From: Candidatus Eiseniibacteriota bacterium
GTDB taxonomy: Bacteria; Eisenbacteria; RBG-16-71-46
Length of the DNA: 64,000 nt
NCBI GenBank assembly: GCA_044222065.1
Contig: JBGAOA010000010.1
Span: 8,672-72,671, forward strand
Direction: 5' to 3'
The notes under the pieces are model-generated. The model saw nothing but the letters and a program-made list of their open reading frames with translations. It was not told the origin of the DNA and did not search any database. The position numbers were made by a program, and so were the translations under genes. Below, in pieces: positions 9,610 through 20,893 of this stretch (positions are counted from its first letter, which is position 1; each line of letters begins with the position of its first letter).

Positions 9610-9618
9610 TTTATAGCA
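9610..9618 (-). promoter_or_regulatory. Extended -10 promoter of tRNA-Arg
   Basis: TGC-TATAAA followed by a GC-rich discriminator just upstream of the tRNA. Confidence 0.5.
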
Positions 9619-9663
9619 CAGCGCGCGCGCGGCCGTCACTCGGACCCGCGTTCCGCGCGGCCA

Positions 9664-9805
9664 GGCTCCGTTTGAGAACCCGAGTGCGAGACGGCGATGG
9701 AGTGCGACCCACGCTTCGCGTGGGTACCCCGGAGGTGTATCCGCAGGATACTCCGCAGTGACGAGCGACCGAGCCAACGCAGCCCTCGGGTTCTCAAACG
9801 GAGCC
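9664..9805. mobile_element. MITE-like element with perfect 21-bp terminal inverted repeats
   Basis: GGCTCCGTTTGAGAACCCGAG at 9664-9684 and its exact reverse complement at 9785-9805. Two internal hairpins, no coding capacity. Confidence 0.6.
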
Positions 9806-9819
9806 CGTGGCGCTCGCGC

Positions 9820-9828
9820 TGCTATGCT
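9820..9828 (+). promoter_or_regulatory. Extended -10 element, probably giving a leaderless aldehyde dehydrogenase mRNA
   Basis: TG-C-TATGCT ends 7 nt before ATG 9836; no Shine-Dalgarno sequence. Confidence 0.45.
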
Positions 9829-9835
9829 GCCGCCG

Positions 9836-11190
9836 ATGCACTCGATCGATCCCCTAACCGGCGAGACGCTCGCCGAGTACGCGCCCCACGACCGCCCGGA
9901 ACTCGAGCGCCGCCTCGAACGCGCCGCTTCCGCCGCGCGCGCGTGGCGGGCCGCGGACGCCGGCGAACGGTCGCGCGGCTCTCCGCCCTCGGCGCGGCGC
10001 TGCGCGCACGGCGCGATGCGCTCGCGCGCCTCGCCACGCTCGAGATGGGCAAGCCGATCGCGCAGGCCCAGGCCGAAGTCGAGAAGTGCGCGCGCGCCTG
10101 CGACTGGGCCGCCGCGCGGCGCGGCGGCCTCGCGTCCGAGCCGGCTGCGACCGAGGCGCGCGCGAGCTACGTGCGCTTCGATCCGCTCGGGGTCGTGCTC
10201 GCGGTGATGCCGTGGAACTTCCCCTACTGGCAGGTCTTCCGGTGCGCCGCGCCCGCGATCGCGGCCGGCAACGCGATCGCGCTCAAGCACGCCTCGAACG
10301 TGTGCGGCTGCGCGCTCGCGATCGGCGACGTGTGCCGCGACGCCGGCCTGCCCGAGGGACTGCTCGAAGTGCTGCTCGCTCCCGCGTCCGAGGTGGACGC
10401 GCTGATCGCGCATCCCGCGGTCGCGGCCGTGAGTCTCACGGGCAGCGAAGCGGCCGGGCGCGCGGTCGGCGCCGCCGCGGGCCGCGCGCTCAAGCCCGCC
10501 GTGCTGGAACTCGGGGGCTCGGATCCGTTCCTCGTGCTCGCCGACGCCGACCTCGAGACGACGGTCGCCGAGGCAGCGCGCGCGCGGCTTCAGAACAACG
10601 GCCAGAGCTGCATCGCCGCGAAGCGCTTCATCGTCGAAGCGCCGGTCGCGGAGGCGTTCGAGCGCCGGCTCGCCGATCGCTTCGCGGCGGTGCGCACCGG
10701 CGATCCGCTCGATCCCGCGACCGAACTCGGACCGCTCGCGCGCGCCGACCTGCGCGACGAGCTGCACGCGCCGGTCGCGCGCTCGCTCGCAGCCGGCGCG
10801 CGTCGGCTCGCCGGCGGCGTCGTGCCGCCCGGCCCCGGCGCCTTCTACCCCGCGACGGTGCTCGCCGACGTCCGCCCCGGCATGGCGGCGTTCGACGAAG
10901 AGACGTTCGGTCCGGTCGCGGCGGTGACGCGCGCGCGCGACGAGGACGACGCGGTGCGGCTCGCGAACGCCACGCGCTTCGGTCTCGGCGCGAGCGTGTG
11001 GACGGGCGACGCGGCGCGCGGCGAACGGCTCGCGGCGCGGCTCGAGGCGGGCTGCGTGTTCGTCAACGCGATCGTCGCGTCCGATCCCCGGCTGCCGTTC
11101 GGAGGCGTGAAGGCGTCGGGCTACGGGCGCGAGCTCGCCCGCGAGGGGCTGCGCGCCTTCAGCGACGTGAAGACGGTGTGGGTGAAGTAG
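9836..11190 (+). CDS. NAD(P)-dependent aldehyde dehydrogenase (succinate-semialdehyde dehydrogenase-like), with a 1-nt frameshift near 9970
   Basis: N-terminus [10 protein letters not shown] is in one frame; [31 protein letters not shown] and EETFGPV are in another. Adding one G at ~9970 (CGG GTC) joins them. Confidence 0.88.
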
Positions 11191-12391
11191 CGCCCGCGCG
11201 CTCGGCCAGCACCCGCAGCACTTCGTTCACGTCCTTGTCGCCGCGTCCCGACAGGTTCACGAGCACGCGCGTCCCGGGCCCGAGCGCGCGGCCCTCGCGC
11301 AGCGTCCACGCGAGCGCGTGCGCGCTCTCGAGCGCCGGCAGGATGCCCTCGAGCCGCGCGAGCGCCTGGAACGCCTCGAGCGCCTCGCCGTCGTCGGCCG
11401 ACGCGTACTCGGTGAGCCCGCGATCGTGCAGCCACGCGTGCTCGGGGCCGAGCGCCGGGTAGTCGAGGCCCGCCGAGACCGAGTGCGTCTCGCGGATCAT
11501 GCCGCGCGCGTCCTGGAGCACGAGCGTGCGCGTGCCGTGCAGCACGCCGACGCTCGGATCCGCGAAGCGCGCCGCGTGCTTGCCGCTCGCGATGCCGTGG
11601 CCGCCCGCCTCGACGCCGACCTTGCGCACGTCCGAGTCGCCGAGGAATGCGTGGAAGAGGCCGATCGCGTTGCTGCCGCCGCCCACGCACGCGACGAGCA
11701 CGTCGGGCCGGCCGCCGAACCGCTCGGCGAACTGCGCGCGCGCCTCCTCCCCGATCACGCGATGGAAGTCGCGCACCATCATCGGGAACGGATGCGGTCC
11801 GAGGACCGAGCCGAGCACGTAGTGCGTGTCGCGCACGCGAGTCACCCAGTCGCGGAGCGCCTCGTTGATCGCGTCCTTGAGCGTGCGCGTGCCCGAGTCC
11901 ACCTCGCGCACCTCGGCGCCGAGCAGGCGCATGCGCTCGACGTTCAGGTGCTGGCGGCGCGCGTCCTCGGCCCCCATGTAGACGACGCACTCGAGCCCGA
12001 AGCGCGCGGCGGCCGCGGCCGTCGCGACGCCGTGCTGTCCCGCGCCGGTCTCGGCGATCACGCGCGGCTTGCCCATGCGGCGCGCGAGCAGGCACTGCCC
12101 GATCGTGTTGTTGATCTTGTGCGCGCCCGTGTGGAGCAGGTCCTCGCGCTTCAGGAACACGCGGCAGCCCGCGGCCTCCGAGAAGCGGCGCGCCTCGATG
12201 AGCGGCGTCGGCCGTCCGGCGAAGTCCGCGAGCTCGCGCGCGAGCTCGGCGCCGAACGCGGCGTCGGCGCGCGCACGCGCGTACTCGGCCGTCAGCTCGT
12301 CGAGCGCGTGCACGAGCGTCTCGGGGACGAAACGTCCGCCGTAGGGACCGAAGTGCCCGGTCGAATCAGGCGCCGGCGGGTTGTCGGGCAT
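11159..12391 (-). CDS. trpB: Tryptophan synthase beta chain
   Basis: [59 protein letters not shown]. Confidence 0.97.
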   Translation of the reverse strand: MPDNPPAPDSTGHFGPYGGRFVPETLVHALDELTAEYARARADAAFGAELARELADFAGRPTPLIEARRFSEAAGCRVFLKREDLLHTGAHKINNTIGQCLLARRMGKPRVIAETGAGQHGVATAAAAARFGLECVVYMGAEDARRQHLNVERMRLLGAEVREVDSGTRTLKDAINEALRDWVTRVRDTHYVLGSVLGPHPFPMMVRDFHRVIGEEARAQFAERFGGRPDVLVACVGGGSNAIGLFHAFLGDSDVRKVGVEAGGHGIASGKHAARFADPSVGVLHGTRTLVLQDARGMIRETHSVSAGLDYPALGPEHAWLHDRGLTEYASADDGEALEAFQALARLEGILPALESAHALAWTLREGRALGPGTRVLVNLSGRGDKDVNEVLRVLAERAGATSPTPSSRR

Positions 12392-13022
12392 CCCACTCCC
12401 TCACGGCGCGCACGAACGCGCTCACGAGTTCCGCATCCTTGAGCCCCGGCGCGCTCTCGAGCCGCGACGAGGCGTCCACTCCGAACGGCCGGCACGTCTC
12501 GAGCGCCTCGGCCACGCACGATCCGTCGAGCCCGCCCGCCAGCATCACCGGGCGCTCGAGCGCGATCGCGCGCGCGGCCTCCCACGGAAAGCGCATCCCC
12601 GTGCCGCCCGCGCGGGTCGCGTGCGCGGTGTCGAGCAGCACGAGGTGGCGGGCGTCCGGGAGCGCGCCGTCGAACGTCCCGTCCGGCCCGACGCCGAGCG
12701 CGAACGCGACCGGCAGCGGGAAATCGGCGGGCCACGAGGCGGGGTCCACGCGGTGCAGCTGCACGCGTTTCGCGTAGGCGCGGCGCGCGAGGTCGAGCGC
12801 CTCCTCCGGCGACGGCGACACCATCACGGCGACGCCGACGGCGCCGGGCAGCGTCGTCATGACCGTGGACATGTACTCGGGACGCACGCGGCGCGGACTC
12901 TCGCCGTGCACGATGAAGCCGAGCCAGTCGGCGCCGGCGCGCCGCGCGTCGTGCGCGTCCTGCAGCCGCGTGAGGCCGCACACCTTCACGATCGTGCGGC
13001 GGCGTTCGGGTTCGAGCGTCAC
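12366..13022 (-). CDS. trpF: Phosphoribosylanthranilate isomerase
   Basis: VKVCGLT, SPRRV, VQLH, GGTG, LAGGL, GVDASS..E..PG.KD. GTG start is coupled to the trpC stop. Confidence 0.93.
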   Translation of the reverse strand: MTLEPERRRTIVKVCGLTRLQDAHDARRAGADWLGFIVHGESPRRVRPEYMSTVMTTLPGAVGVAVMVSPSPEEALDLARRAYAKRVQLHRVDPASWPADFPLPVAFALGVGPDGTFDGALPDARHLVLLDTAHATRAGGTGMRFPWEAARAIALERPVMLAGGLDGSCVAEALETCRPFGVDASSRLESAPGLKDAELVSAFVRAVREWDARQPAGA

Positions 13023-13828
13023 GCGCCGCCCCGCGCGGCGTCGGCGAGCGCGCGCAGCGTCCCGGCGGGATCGGCGCTCGTCATGAACGCCTCGCCGATC
13101 AGCACGGCGTCGCAGCGCGTCGCGCGCAGGCGCGCGAGATCCTCGGGACGCAAGAGGCCGGACTCGGCGACGGCCGTGGCGTGCGGCGGGATCTGCGGCA
13201 TCAGTTCGATCGAGGTCTCGAGCCGCACCTCGAACGTGCGGAGATCGCGGTTGTTCACGCCGACGATCGTCGCCCCGGCCCGGAGCGCCGCGTGCAGCTC
13301 GGACGCGTCGTGCACTTCGACGAGCGCGTCGAGCCCGAGCAGCCGCGCCTCGCCGATGAGCACCTGCATCTGCGTCTCCGAGAGCAGCGCGGCGAGCAGC
13401 AGCACGGCGTCGGCGCCGCGCACCGCGGCGTCGAGGAGCTGCCAGCCGTCCACGACGAAGTCCTTCATGAGGAGCGGCAGCGCGACGTGCGGCCGCACGC
13501 GGTTCACCCACTCGGGATCGCCGAGGAAGTGGTCGGGTTCGGTCACGAGCGAGACCGCGGCCGCGCCGCCCGCGGCGTAGAGCTTCGCCGTTTCGACCGG
13601 ATCCACCGCGTCGCGCAGCACGCCCTTCGAGGGCGACGCGCGCTTCACCTCGCACAGCAGCCGGATCGGACGGCCCGCGCCCCCGCGCCGGAGCGCGCGC
13701 TCGAGGCGTCCCGCGGGGCGCGCCGGGCCGAGCCGCTCGCGCAGCAGGTGGCCGGGCGTGCGCGCCTTTCCCTCCTCGACGCGCCGGCGGCGGTCGTTCG
13801 CGATGCGCGCGAGGACGTCGGCGCTCAC
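13019..13828 (-). CDS. trpC: Indole-3-glycerol phosphate synthase
   Basis: EVKRASPSKG, SLVTEPDHFLG, KDF, LVEVH, GVNNRDL, AESG. GTG start at 13828. Confidence 0.95.
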   Translation of the reverse strand: MSADVLARIANDRRRRVEEGKARTPGHLLRERLGPARPAGRLERALRRGGAGRPIRLLCEVKRASPSKGVLRDAVDPVETAKLYAAGGAAAVSLVTEPDHFLGDPEWVNRVRPHVALPLLMKDFVVDGWQLLDAAVRGADAVLLLAALLSETQMQVLIGEARLLGLDALVEVHDASELHAALRAGATIVGVNNRDLRTFEVRLETSIELMPQIPPHATAVAESGLLRPEDLARLRATRCDAVLIGEAFMTSADPAGTLRALADAARGGA

Positions 13829-14547
13829 GTCTCGCTCCGCACGACGAGCGTGCCCGCCATGAGGTCGTGCAGCGCCTGTCGGCGCGCCGTGAACGGCTGG
13901 AACAGGTAACCGATGAGCAGGATGAAGCCCGAGATCCACTTGCCGAAGTAGCGCCCCGTCGCGCGCGCGAACGACACGCGGCCGTAGTCGAGGTCCGTGA
14001 CCTTGAGGCCGAGCATCATCTTGCCGAGCGTCGCCTGGCGTCCGGAGCTCTCGAGGAACGCGAAGTAGAACCAGCTCGTGAGCGTCGCGAAGAACCAGCC
14101 GGCGAGAAGCGTGCTCATGGACGAAGCGAGCACCGAAAGATCGGACGAGCCCGCGGCCGTTTCGAGTTCGCGCAGGTGCGGCGCCCACACGATGAACGAG
14201 ATCGGCACGTTGACGACGTACAGGATGAGGTTGTCCATGAACGCTGCGAAGAACCGCCGCCAGAAACCGCCGTAGCGGATCGGCGGCGCGGCCGGCACCG
14301 GCGCCGCGGCGAGGCTCGCCCACGTACCGGCGGGTGGTGCGGACGGCGCTTCGGGGGGCGCCGCCGGTGGCGCGGAGGTGAATGGCCCCGCGTACGCGGC
14401 CGGCCCGGGCGCTTCGGCCGCCTCCGGGGCCACCGGCGCGGCCGGGGGCGCCGCGGCCGCCGGCGCGGACACGGGGAGCGCGGCTCCGCAGCGCGCGCAG
14501 AAACGCGCGTCGGCCGCCGCTTCGGCACCGCAACGAGAACAGAACAC
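13825..14547 (-). CDS. Zinc-ribbon plus RDD family membrane protein
   Basis: MFCSRCG...ARFCARCG, a Pro/Ala linker, then YGGFWRRFFAAFMD, QATLGKM and RQALHDLMAGT. Confidence 0.9.
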   Translation of the reverse strand: MFCSRCGAEAAADARFCARCGAALPVSAPAAAAPPAAPVAPEAAEAPGPAAYAGPFTSAPPAAPPEAPSAPPAGTWASLAAAPVPAAPPIRYGGFWRRFFAAFMDNLILYVVNVPISFIVWAPHLRELETAAGSSDLSVLASSMSTLLAGWFFATLTSWFYFAFLESSGRQATLGKMMLGLKVTDLDYGRVSFARATGRYFGKWISGFILLIGYLFQPFTARRQALHDLMAGTLVVRSET

Positions 14548-14570
14548 GGCGAGTCCTCCCGCGCTCCGCG

Positions 14571-15574
14571 TCAGCCGCGGAACGACGTCAGTTCCTCGAG
14601 CTTTGCCCGCGCTTCGCCCTGGTCCAGCGCGCGCGCGGCGCGCGCAACTCCGGCTTCGAGCGAGTCCGCGACGCCCGACACGACGAGCGCCGCACCCGCG
14701 TTGAGCAGCACGATGTCGCGCCCCGCCCCCCGTTCGCCGTCGAAGATCGCGCGCACGCGGGCCGCGTTCGCGGCCGCGTCCCCGCCGGCGACTCCGGCGC
14801 GGTCCTCGTGCGCGAGTCCGAGCGACTTCGGGTCCACCTCGAATTCTCGGATGCCTTCCGGCGTCACCTCGGCGACGTGCGTCGTCGCGAAGATCGTCAG
14901 CTCGTCCATGCCGTCGCGGCCGTGCACGACCCACGCGCGCTCGGCGCCCAACTGGCGAAGCACTTCGGCGACCGGGCGCACGAGCGCATCCGAGTACACG
15001 CCGAGCAGCTGGCGCTGCGCGCCCGCCGGATTCGTGAGCGGTCCGAGGATGTTGAACACGGTCCGCACGCCGATCTCGCGCCGCGCGGCGGAGGCGTGGC
15101 GCAGCGCCGTGTGGTAGTTCGGCGCGAACAGGAACGTGATGCCGAGCAGGTCGAGCGAGCGCGACGCGCTCTCGGGCGTCAGGTCGATCCGCACGCCGAG
15201 CGACTCGAGCACGTCCGCGCTGCCCGTGCGGCTCGACACCGCGCGGTTGCCGTGCTTCGCCACGGCGACGCCGCACGAGGCGGTGAGCAGCGCGACGGTG
15301 GTCGAGATGTTGAACGTGCCGGCGTTGTCCCCACCCGTGCCGCAGGTGTCGAGCAGCGGACGGCGGCGCGAGCGGATCGGCGGAACGCGCTCGCGCATCG
15401 CCTCGGCCATGCCGGCGATCTCGTCGGGTGTCTCGCCCTTCATGCGCAGGCCGATCGCGAGCGCGGCGATCTGCGCGGTCGTCGCCTCACCGGACAGGAT
15501 CTGCTCCATCGCGGCGTGCGCGAGTTCGCGGCTCAGGTCTTCGCGGGACACGGCCCGGGCAATGGCGGACTGGA

Positions 15575-15578
<4 letters not shown>
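14571..15578 (-). CDS. trpD: Anthranilate phosphoribosyltransferase
   Basis: [47 protein letters not shown] start overlaps the trpG stop. Confidence 0.96.
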
Positions 15579-16161
<583 letters not shown>

Positions 16162-16165
<4 letters not shown>

Positions 16166-17631
16166 GCCTGCCCCCCGCGCTCGGCGCGCTGCACGGCGAG
16201 CCACAGGGCGCGCCCCTTGTTGAGCGTCTCCTCCCACTCCTGCTCGGGAACGGAGTCGGCGACGATGCCCGCGCCCACGCCCCAGTACGCGCGGCCGTTC
16301 GCGTAGACGAGCGTGCGGATCGCGATGCACAGGTCGAGGTTGCCGTGGTAGTCGAAGTGGCCGACCGCGCCGGCGTACACGCCGCGCCGCACGGGCTCGA
16401 GGTCCTCGAGGATCTCCATCGCGCGCACCTTCGGAGCGCCCGAGACCGTTCCGGCCGGGAAGCACGCGCGCACGATGTCGAGCGGCGAGACCGACGGCGT
16501 CGCGCGGCCGCGCACGTTCGACACGAGGTGCATGACCTGCGAGTAGCGTTCGACCTGCATGTATTCGTTCGTCTCGACGCTGCCGAATTCGGAGACGCGG
16601 CCCACGTCGTTGCGCCCGAGGTCCACGAGCATGACGTGCTCGGCGCGCTCCTTCTCGTTCGCGCGCAGCTCCTCTTCGAGCGCACGGTCCTCGTCGGCGT
16701 TGCGGCCGCGCGGCCGCGTGCCGGCGATCGGCCGCACTTCGACCGTGCCCTCGGTGCGGCGCACGAGCACCTCGGGCGAGGAGCCGACGATCGAGAAGTC
16801 GCCGAGCCGCAGGAAGTACATGTAGGGCGACGGATTCGTGACGCGCAGCGCGCGGTAGCCCTCGAACGGCGGCTGCGCGACCTCGGCGCTCATGCGGTGC
16901 GCGAGCACGAGCTGGAACAGGTCGCCCGCGCGGATGTGCTCCTTCGCCGCCTCGACTCCCGCGAGGTACTGCTCGCGCGTCATCGAGGAGCGCGGCTCGC
17001 TCACGGCGCCCCACGCCGGCGGCTCGACGAACGCGAGCGGCGTCCGCAGCCGCGCGACCTCGGCCTCGAGTCGCGCGACGGCCGCGTCGTAGGCCGCGCC
17101 GGGATCGTCCCCGCCGCGCGCGTGCGTCACGACCTTCATCGTGTGCGTCAGGTTGTCGAACACGCTGACGACGTCGCCGAACAGGAACATCGCGTCCGGC
17201 AGTTCGACGTCGCGCGCGGCCCTGGACGGCAGCCGCTCGAACCAGCGCACGGCGTCGTAGCCGAAGAACCCGACGGCGCCGCCGCAGAAGCGCGGCAGGC
17301 CCGGCAGCGGAGTCGCCTGGTGCTCGCGCAGCAGGCGCGCGAGCTCGTCCACGGGATGCCCGCTCAGGGGCTCGACGCGGTCGCCGGTGCGTAACTCGCA
17401 CGAGTCGCCGCGGGCGACGAAGACCTGCGAGGGGCGGCTGCCGAGGATCGAGAAGCGCCCCCACTTCTCGCCGCCCTCGACGCTCTCGAGCAGGAAGCCG
17501 TAGGGGCCGTCGTCGATCTTCCGGAACGCCGAGACGGGCGTGTCGTGGTCGGCGAACACCTCGCGGTACACGGGGACGAGCTTGCCCGCGCGCGAGAGCG
17601 TCGCGAATTCCTCGCGGCTCGGGACGATCAC
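16162..17631 (-). CDS. trpE: Anthranilate synthase component I
   Basis: [57 protein letters not shown]. Start overlaps the recN stop. Confidence 0.96.
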
Positions 17632-19316
17632 GCGTCGCGTCCCGCGCGCGCGCCGAGCAGCTCGCGCGCCTGCCGCCGCGTCGTGTCCGTCACCCGCTCG
17701 CCGGCGAGCATGCGCGACAGCTCTTCCACGCGCTCGGGCGCCGCGAGCGCGCGCAGCCGCGCGACGGTCCGTCCGGCGGCGAGCTGCTTCTCGACGGCGA
17801 AATGCTGGGCGGCGAGCGCGGCGATCATGGGCAAGTGGGTCACGCAGACGACCTGTCGGTGCTCGGCGAGCGCCCGGAGTCGTTCCCCGACCGCCTGTGC
17901 GACGGCTCCGCCGATCCCGGAATCTACTTCGTCGAAAACCAGAAGGTCAACGCGGTCACGGGCTTGGAGCGCGCACTTGAGGGCCAGCATCACCCGGGAA
18001 AGCTCCCCACCGGAGGCGATCTTCTGGAGCGGACGCGCCGGCTCGCCCGGGTTCGGCGAGAACAGCAACCGCACGTCGTCGAAGCCCGCGGGCGTCGGCT
18101 CGCCCTCGGGCAGCGGCGCGAGTTCGAACGCGATTCCGGCGCGCGCGAAACCGAGCGGGCGCAGCTCCTTCGAGAGCGTCGCGCTCCACGTCCGCGCGGC
18201 CTCGGCGCGGCGCCGCGTGAGCGCGCGTCCCGCCGAGCGGCAGTGCGCCCACGCCTCGTCCACGCGGGCGCGCGCGCGCGCGATCGCGCCCTCGGCGTCG
18301 TCGCCCGCGGCGAGTTCGTGCTCGAGCTCGGAGCGCCAGGCGATGAGCGCATCGACGTCACGCCGGTACTTGCGGCGCAGGCGCGCGTACGACTCGCGGC
18401 GCGCCTCGATCGTCTCGAGCGCTTCGGGGTCGGCTTCGAGGTTCGCGCGATAGTGCGCGAGCGCGCGCGCCGACTCGGACGCCGCGATTTCGGCCTCGTG
18501 GATCGTGCGCGCCGCGTCCTCGAGCGACGGGTCCAGCTGCGCGGCCTGCTCGATCGCGTGACGCGCGGCGCCGAGGCGGTCCGCGGCCGAGTCGTCGCCG
18601 TCGGCGAGGCGGTCGAGCGCGAGCGTCGCGAGTTCTCGCAGGCGGTCGGCGTGCGCGAGCCGCGCCGCCTCCGAGGCGAGTTCCTCCTCTTCCCCGGCGC
18701 GCGGCTTCAGCTCGTCGAGATCGCGCGCGGCGTTCGCCAGGTAGTCGCGGCGCTCGGCGAAGGTCGCGAGCGACGTCTCGAGCCGCTTCCACTCCTGTTC
18801 GGCCTCGCGCACGGCCGCGAGCGTGGCGGCGAAGGCGGCGCGCTCGTCGTCGAGGCCCGCGAGTCGGTCGAGCGTGAGCAGCGGCGCGCCGTCCTTGAGC
18901 AGGCTCTGGTGTTCGTGCTGGCCGTGCAGGTCCGCGAGCGTCTCGCCGAGGCGCTTGAGCGAGGCGAGCGTCACCGCCGACTGGTTCACGGTCGCGCGGC
19001 TGCGGCCCTCGGCCGAGACCTCACGGCGCAGCACGAGCGACTCGCCGTCGAAGTCGAGCCCCCACTCCTCGAGCAGTGCGCCCGCGCGGCGGGCCGCCGG
19101 ACCCGCGAGGCGGAATTCGCCTTCGACGATCGCGGCCTTCGCACCCTCGCGCACGGCATCCGCGTCGCCGCGGCCGCCGAGCAGCAGCGCGAGCGACTCG
19201 ACGAACAGCGACTTGCCGGCGCCGGTTTCGCCGGTCACCGCGTGCAGGCCGGCGCCGAAGTCGATCTCGGCCCGCTCGACGAGCGCGAGGTCGCGGATCG
19301 TGAGCCGGGTCAGCAC
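17628..19316 (-). CDS. recN: DNA repair protein RecN
   Basis: [16 protein letters not shown], coiled coil, [21 protein letters not shown]. Confidence 0.97.
   Translation of the reverse strand: MLTRLTIRDLALVERAEIDFGAGLHAVTGETGAGKSLFVESLALLLGGRGDADAVREGAKAAIVEGEFRLAGPAARRAGALLEEWGLDFDGESLVLRREVSAEGRSRATVNQSAVTLASLKRLGETLADLHGQHEHQSLLKDGAPLLTLDRLAGLDDERAAFAATLAAVREAEQEWKRLETSLATFAERRDYLANAARDLDELKPRAGEEEELASEAARLAHADRLRELATLALDRLADGDDSAADRLGAARHAIEQAAQLDPSLEDAARTIHEAEIAASESARALAHYRANLEADPEALETIEARRESYARLRRKYRRDVDALIAWRSELEHELAAGDDAEGAIARARARVDEAWAHCRSAGRALTRRRAEAARTWSATLSKELRPLGFARAGIAFELAPLPEGEPTPAGFDDVRLLFSPNPGEPARPLQKIASGGELSRVMLALKCALQARDRVDLLVFDEVDSGIGGAVAQAVGERLRALAEHRQVVCVTHLPMIAALAAQHFAVEKQLAAGRTVARLRALAAPERVEELSRMLAGERVTDTTRRQARELLGARAGRDA
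17921..17950 (-). promoter_or_regulatory. Candidate sigma70 promoter inside recN, reading into the trp operon
   Basis: TTGACC-N18-TAGATT in a patch of unusually A/T-ending codons about 290 nt upstream of trpE. Confidence 0.5.
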
Positions 19317-19320
19317 GCCG

Positions 19321-20007
19321 TCACGCTCCTCGGCCCGCGCGCGCGACCGCGGCCGCCGCCGAGCGCGCCGGGCGCGCGGGACGCCAGCGTCGCGCGAGTC
19401 CGGTGCTCGCGAGCAGTTCGCCGAGCGCGTCGTCGTAGCGCAGCGGAACGAGCGGCAGCAGGCCGATCAGGAGCGACTCGAGGTGGCCGTCGGCGACCGG
19501 GCTCTTCTCGAGGCACGCGGCGCGCACGCGGTCGAACGGTTCGTCCGGCGAGCGCAGTCCGGTGGCGGGCGGGGCGGCGACCGCCGCGCCGTAGTACGCC
19601 AGGCGCGCGTCCATCTCGTGCGCGTCGCGGAACGAATCGGCGGCCTTGAGCAGCGCCGCGCTCAGGACGAGCTGTCCGAACTCGCGCGTGAGCCACTGCC
19701 CGCGCGTGAGCGCCCACGAGAGCGAGAAGACGTGCAGGTACTTCTCCTCGGTCTGCCACCAGCGCCGCGTCTCGGGCGCGAGCGCCCAGAACGCCGGCGA
19801 GTCGCTCTTTCCGACCGCGCTCTCGAGCTGGAGCGCGAACTCCTCGGCGAGCACGCGCGCATCGCGCGCCGACCGGCCGTCGAGCCGGAAGTCGAGCGCC
19901 CCCGCGGCCGCGGTCACATCGGGATCGCGGCGCGTGAGCCGGTCCCACAGCACGCCGGCGGCGACGAGCGCCGCGAGCGCGAGCAGGATGCCGAGCAGGA
20001 GCGCCAT
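19321..20007 (-). CDS. Hypothetical protein with an N-terminal membrane anchor
   Basis: MALLLGILLALAALVAAGVLW. Normal codon pattern; fills the gap between nadK and recN. Confidence 0.7.
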   Translation of the reverse strand: MALLLGILLALAALVAAGVLWDRLTRRDPDVTAAAGALDFRLDGRSARDARVLAEEFALQLESAVGKSDSPAFWALAPETRRWWQTEEKYLHVFSLSWALTRGQWLTREFGQLVLSAALLKAADSFRDAHEMDARLAYYGAAVAAPPATGLRSPDEPFDRVRAACLEKSPVADGHLESLLIGLLPLVPLRYDDALGELLASTGLARRWRPARPARSAAAAVARAGRGA

Positions 20008-20012
20008 GCGCC

Positions 20013-20885
20013 CTAGAGACTCCGCTTCTTGCTGCCCTGCCAGCCGAGCTTGCGCTGCAGCGAGCGCACGAACGGCCGGCCCGGATTGACGAACGTGCGG
20101 ACGACGGTCCGGTCCAGCCGCACGCGCACCTCGTCGCCGCGATGCAGGTCCACGGTTTCCTGTCCGTCGAGGAGCAGCGCCATGTGGTCGAACGAGCCGA
20201 TCACCTCGATCGCCAGCTCCTCGCCCGGCGGCATGACGAGCGGCCGCGTCGCGAGCGCGTGCGGGCACACGGGCGTGACGACCATCGCCTCGACGCCGGG
20301 CGTGAGCAGCGGGCCTCCGGCCGAGAGCGAGTACGCGGTCGAGCCGGACGCGGTCGCGAGGATCAGCCCGTCGGCGACGAGGCGGCCCAGGTCGTGGCCG
20401 AGCGCCGTGAGCTTGAGGTGGATCGCGGTGTAACCGCTCGCGCCCTTCACGACGGCGTCGTTCAGCGCCACACCGCGGTGCAGCGTACGGCCGCGGCGTC
20501 GCACGAGCGTCCCGAGCAGACGGCGTTCGGCGACGGGCCAGCGGCCCGCGAACGCGGCGCGCACCGCGAGCGAGAGCTGCGCGGCCTCGGCCACCGTGAG
20601 GAAGCCGAGCCCGCCGAGGTTCACGGGCAGCAGCACCGCCCGCGTGCCGGCGAGCGCGCGCGCGCCCGTGAGCGCCGTGCCGTCGCCGCCGAGCGTCACG
20701 AGCACGTCGCACCAGCGCACGAGCTTCGGCAGCGGCAGCCCGTCGAGCGCGCACTCGGCCGCGAGCCGTCCGTCGAGCCGCACGCTCATGCCGCGGCGCC
20801 CGAGCAGCGCGCACAGCCGCTGCGCGGCACGACGCACTCCCGGTCGTCCGGAGTGACCGAGGATTCCGACGCGGCGGACCGCCAT
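20013..20885 (-). CDS. nadK: NAD(+) kinase
   Basis: LGGDGT, NLGGLGFL, ALND, ADG...GSTAYSLSAGGP, ending RKLGW. Confidence 0.94.
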   Translation of the reverse strand: MAVRRVGILGHSGRPGVRRAAQRLCALLGRRGMSVRLDGRLAAECALDGLPLPKLVRWCDVLVTLGGDGTALTGARALAGTRAVLLPVNLGGLGFLTVAEAAQLSLAVRAAFAGRWPVAERRLLGTLVRRRGRTLHRGVALNDAVVKGASGYTAIHLKLTALGHDLGRLVADGLILATASGSTAYSLSAGGPLLTPGVEAMVVTPVCPHALATRPLVMPPGEELAIEVIGSFDHMALLLDGQETVDLHRGDEVRVRLDRTVVRTFVNPGRPFVRSLQRKLGWQGSKKRSL

Positions 20886-20893
20886 GCGGGACC

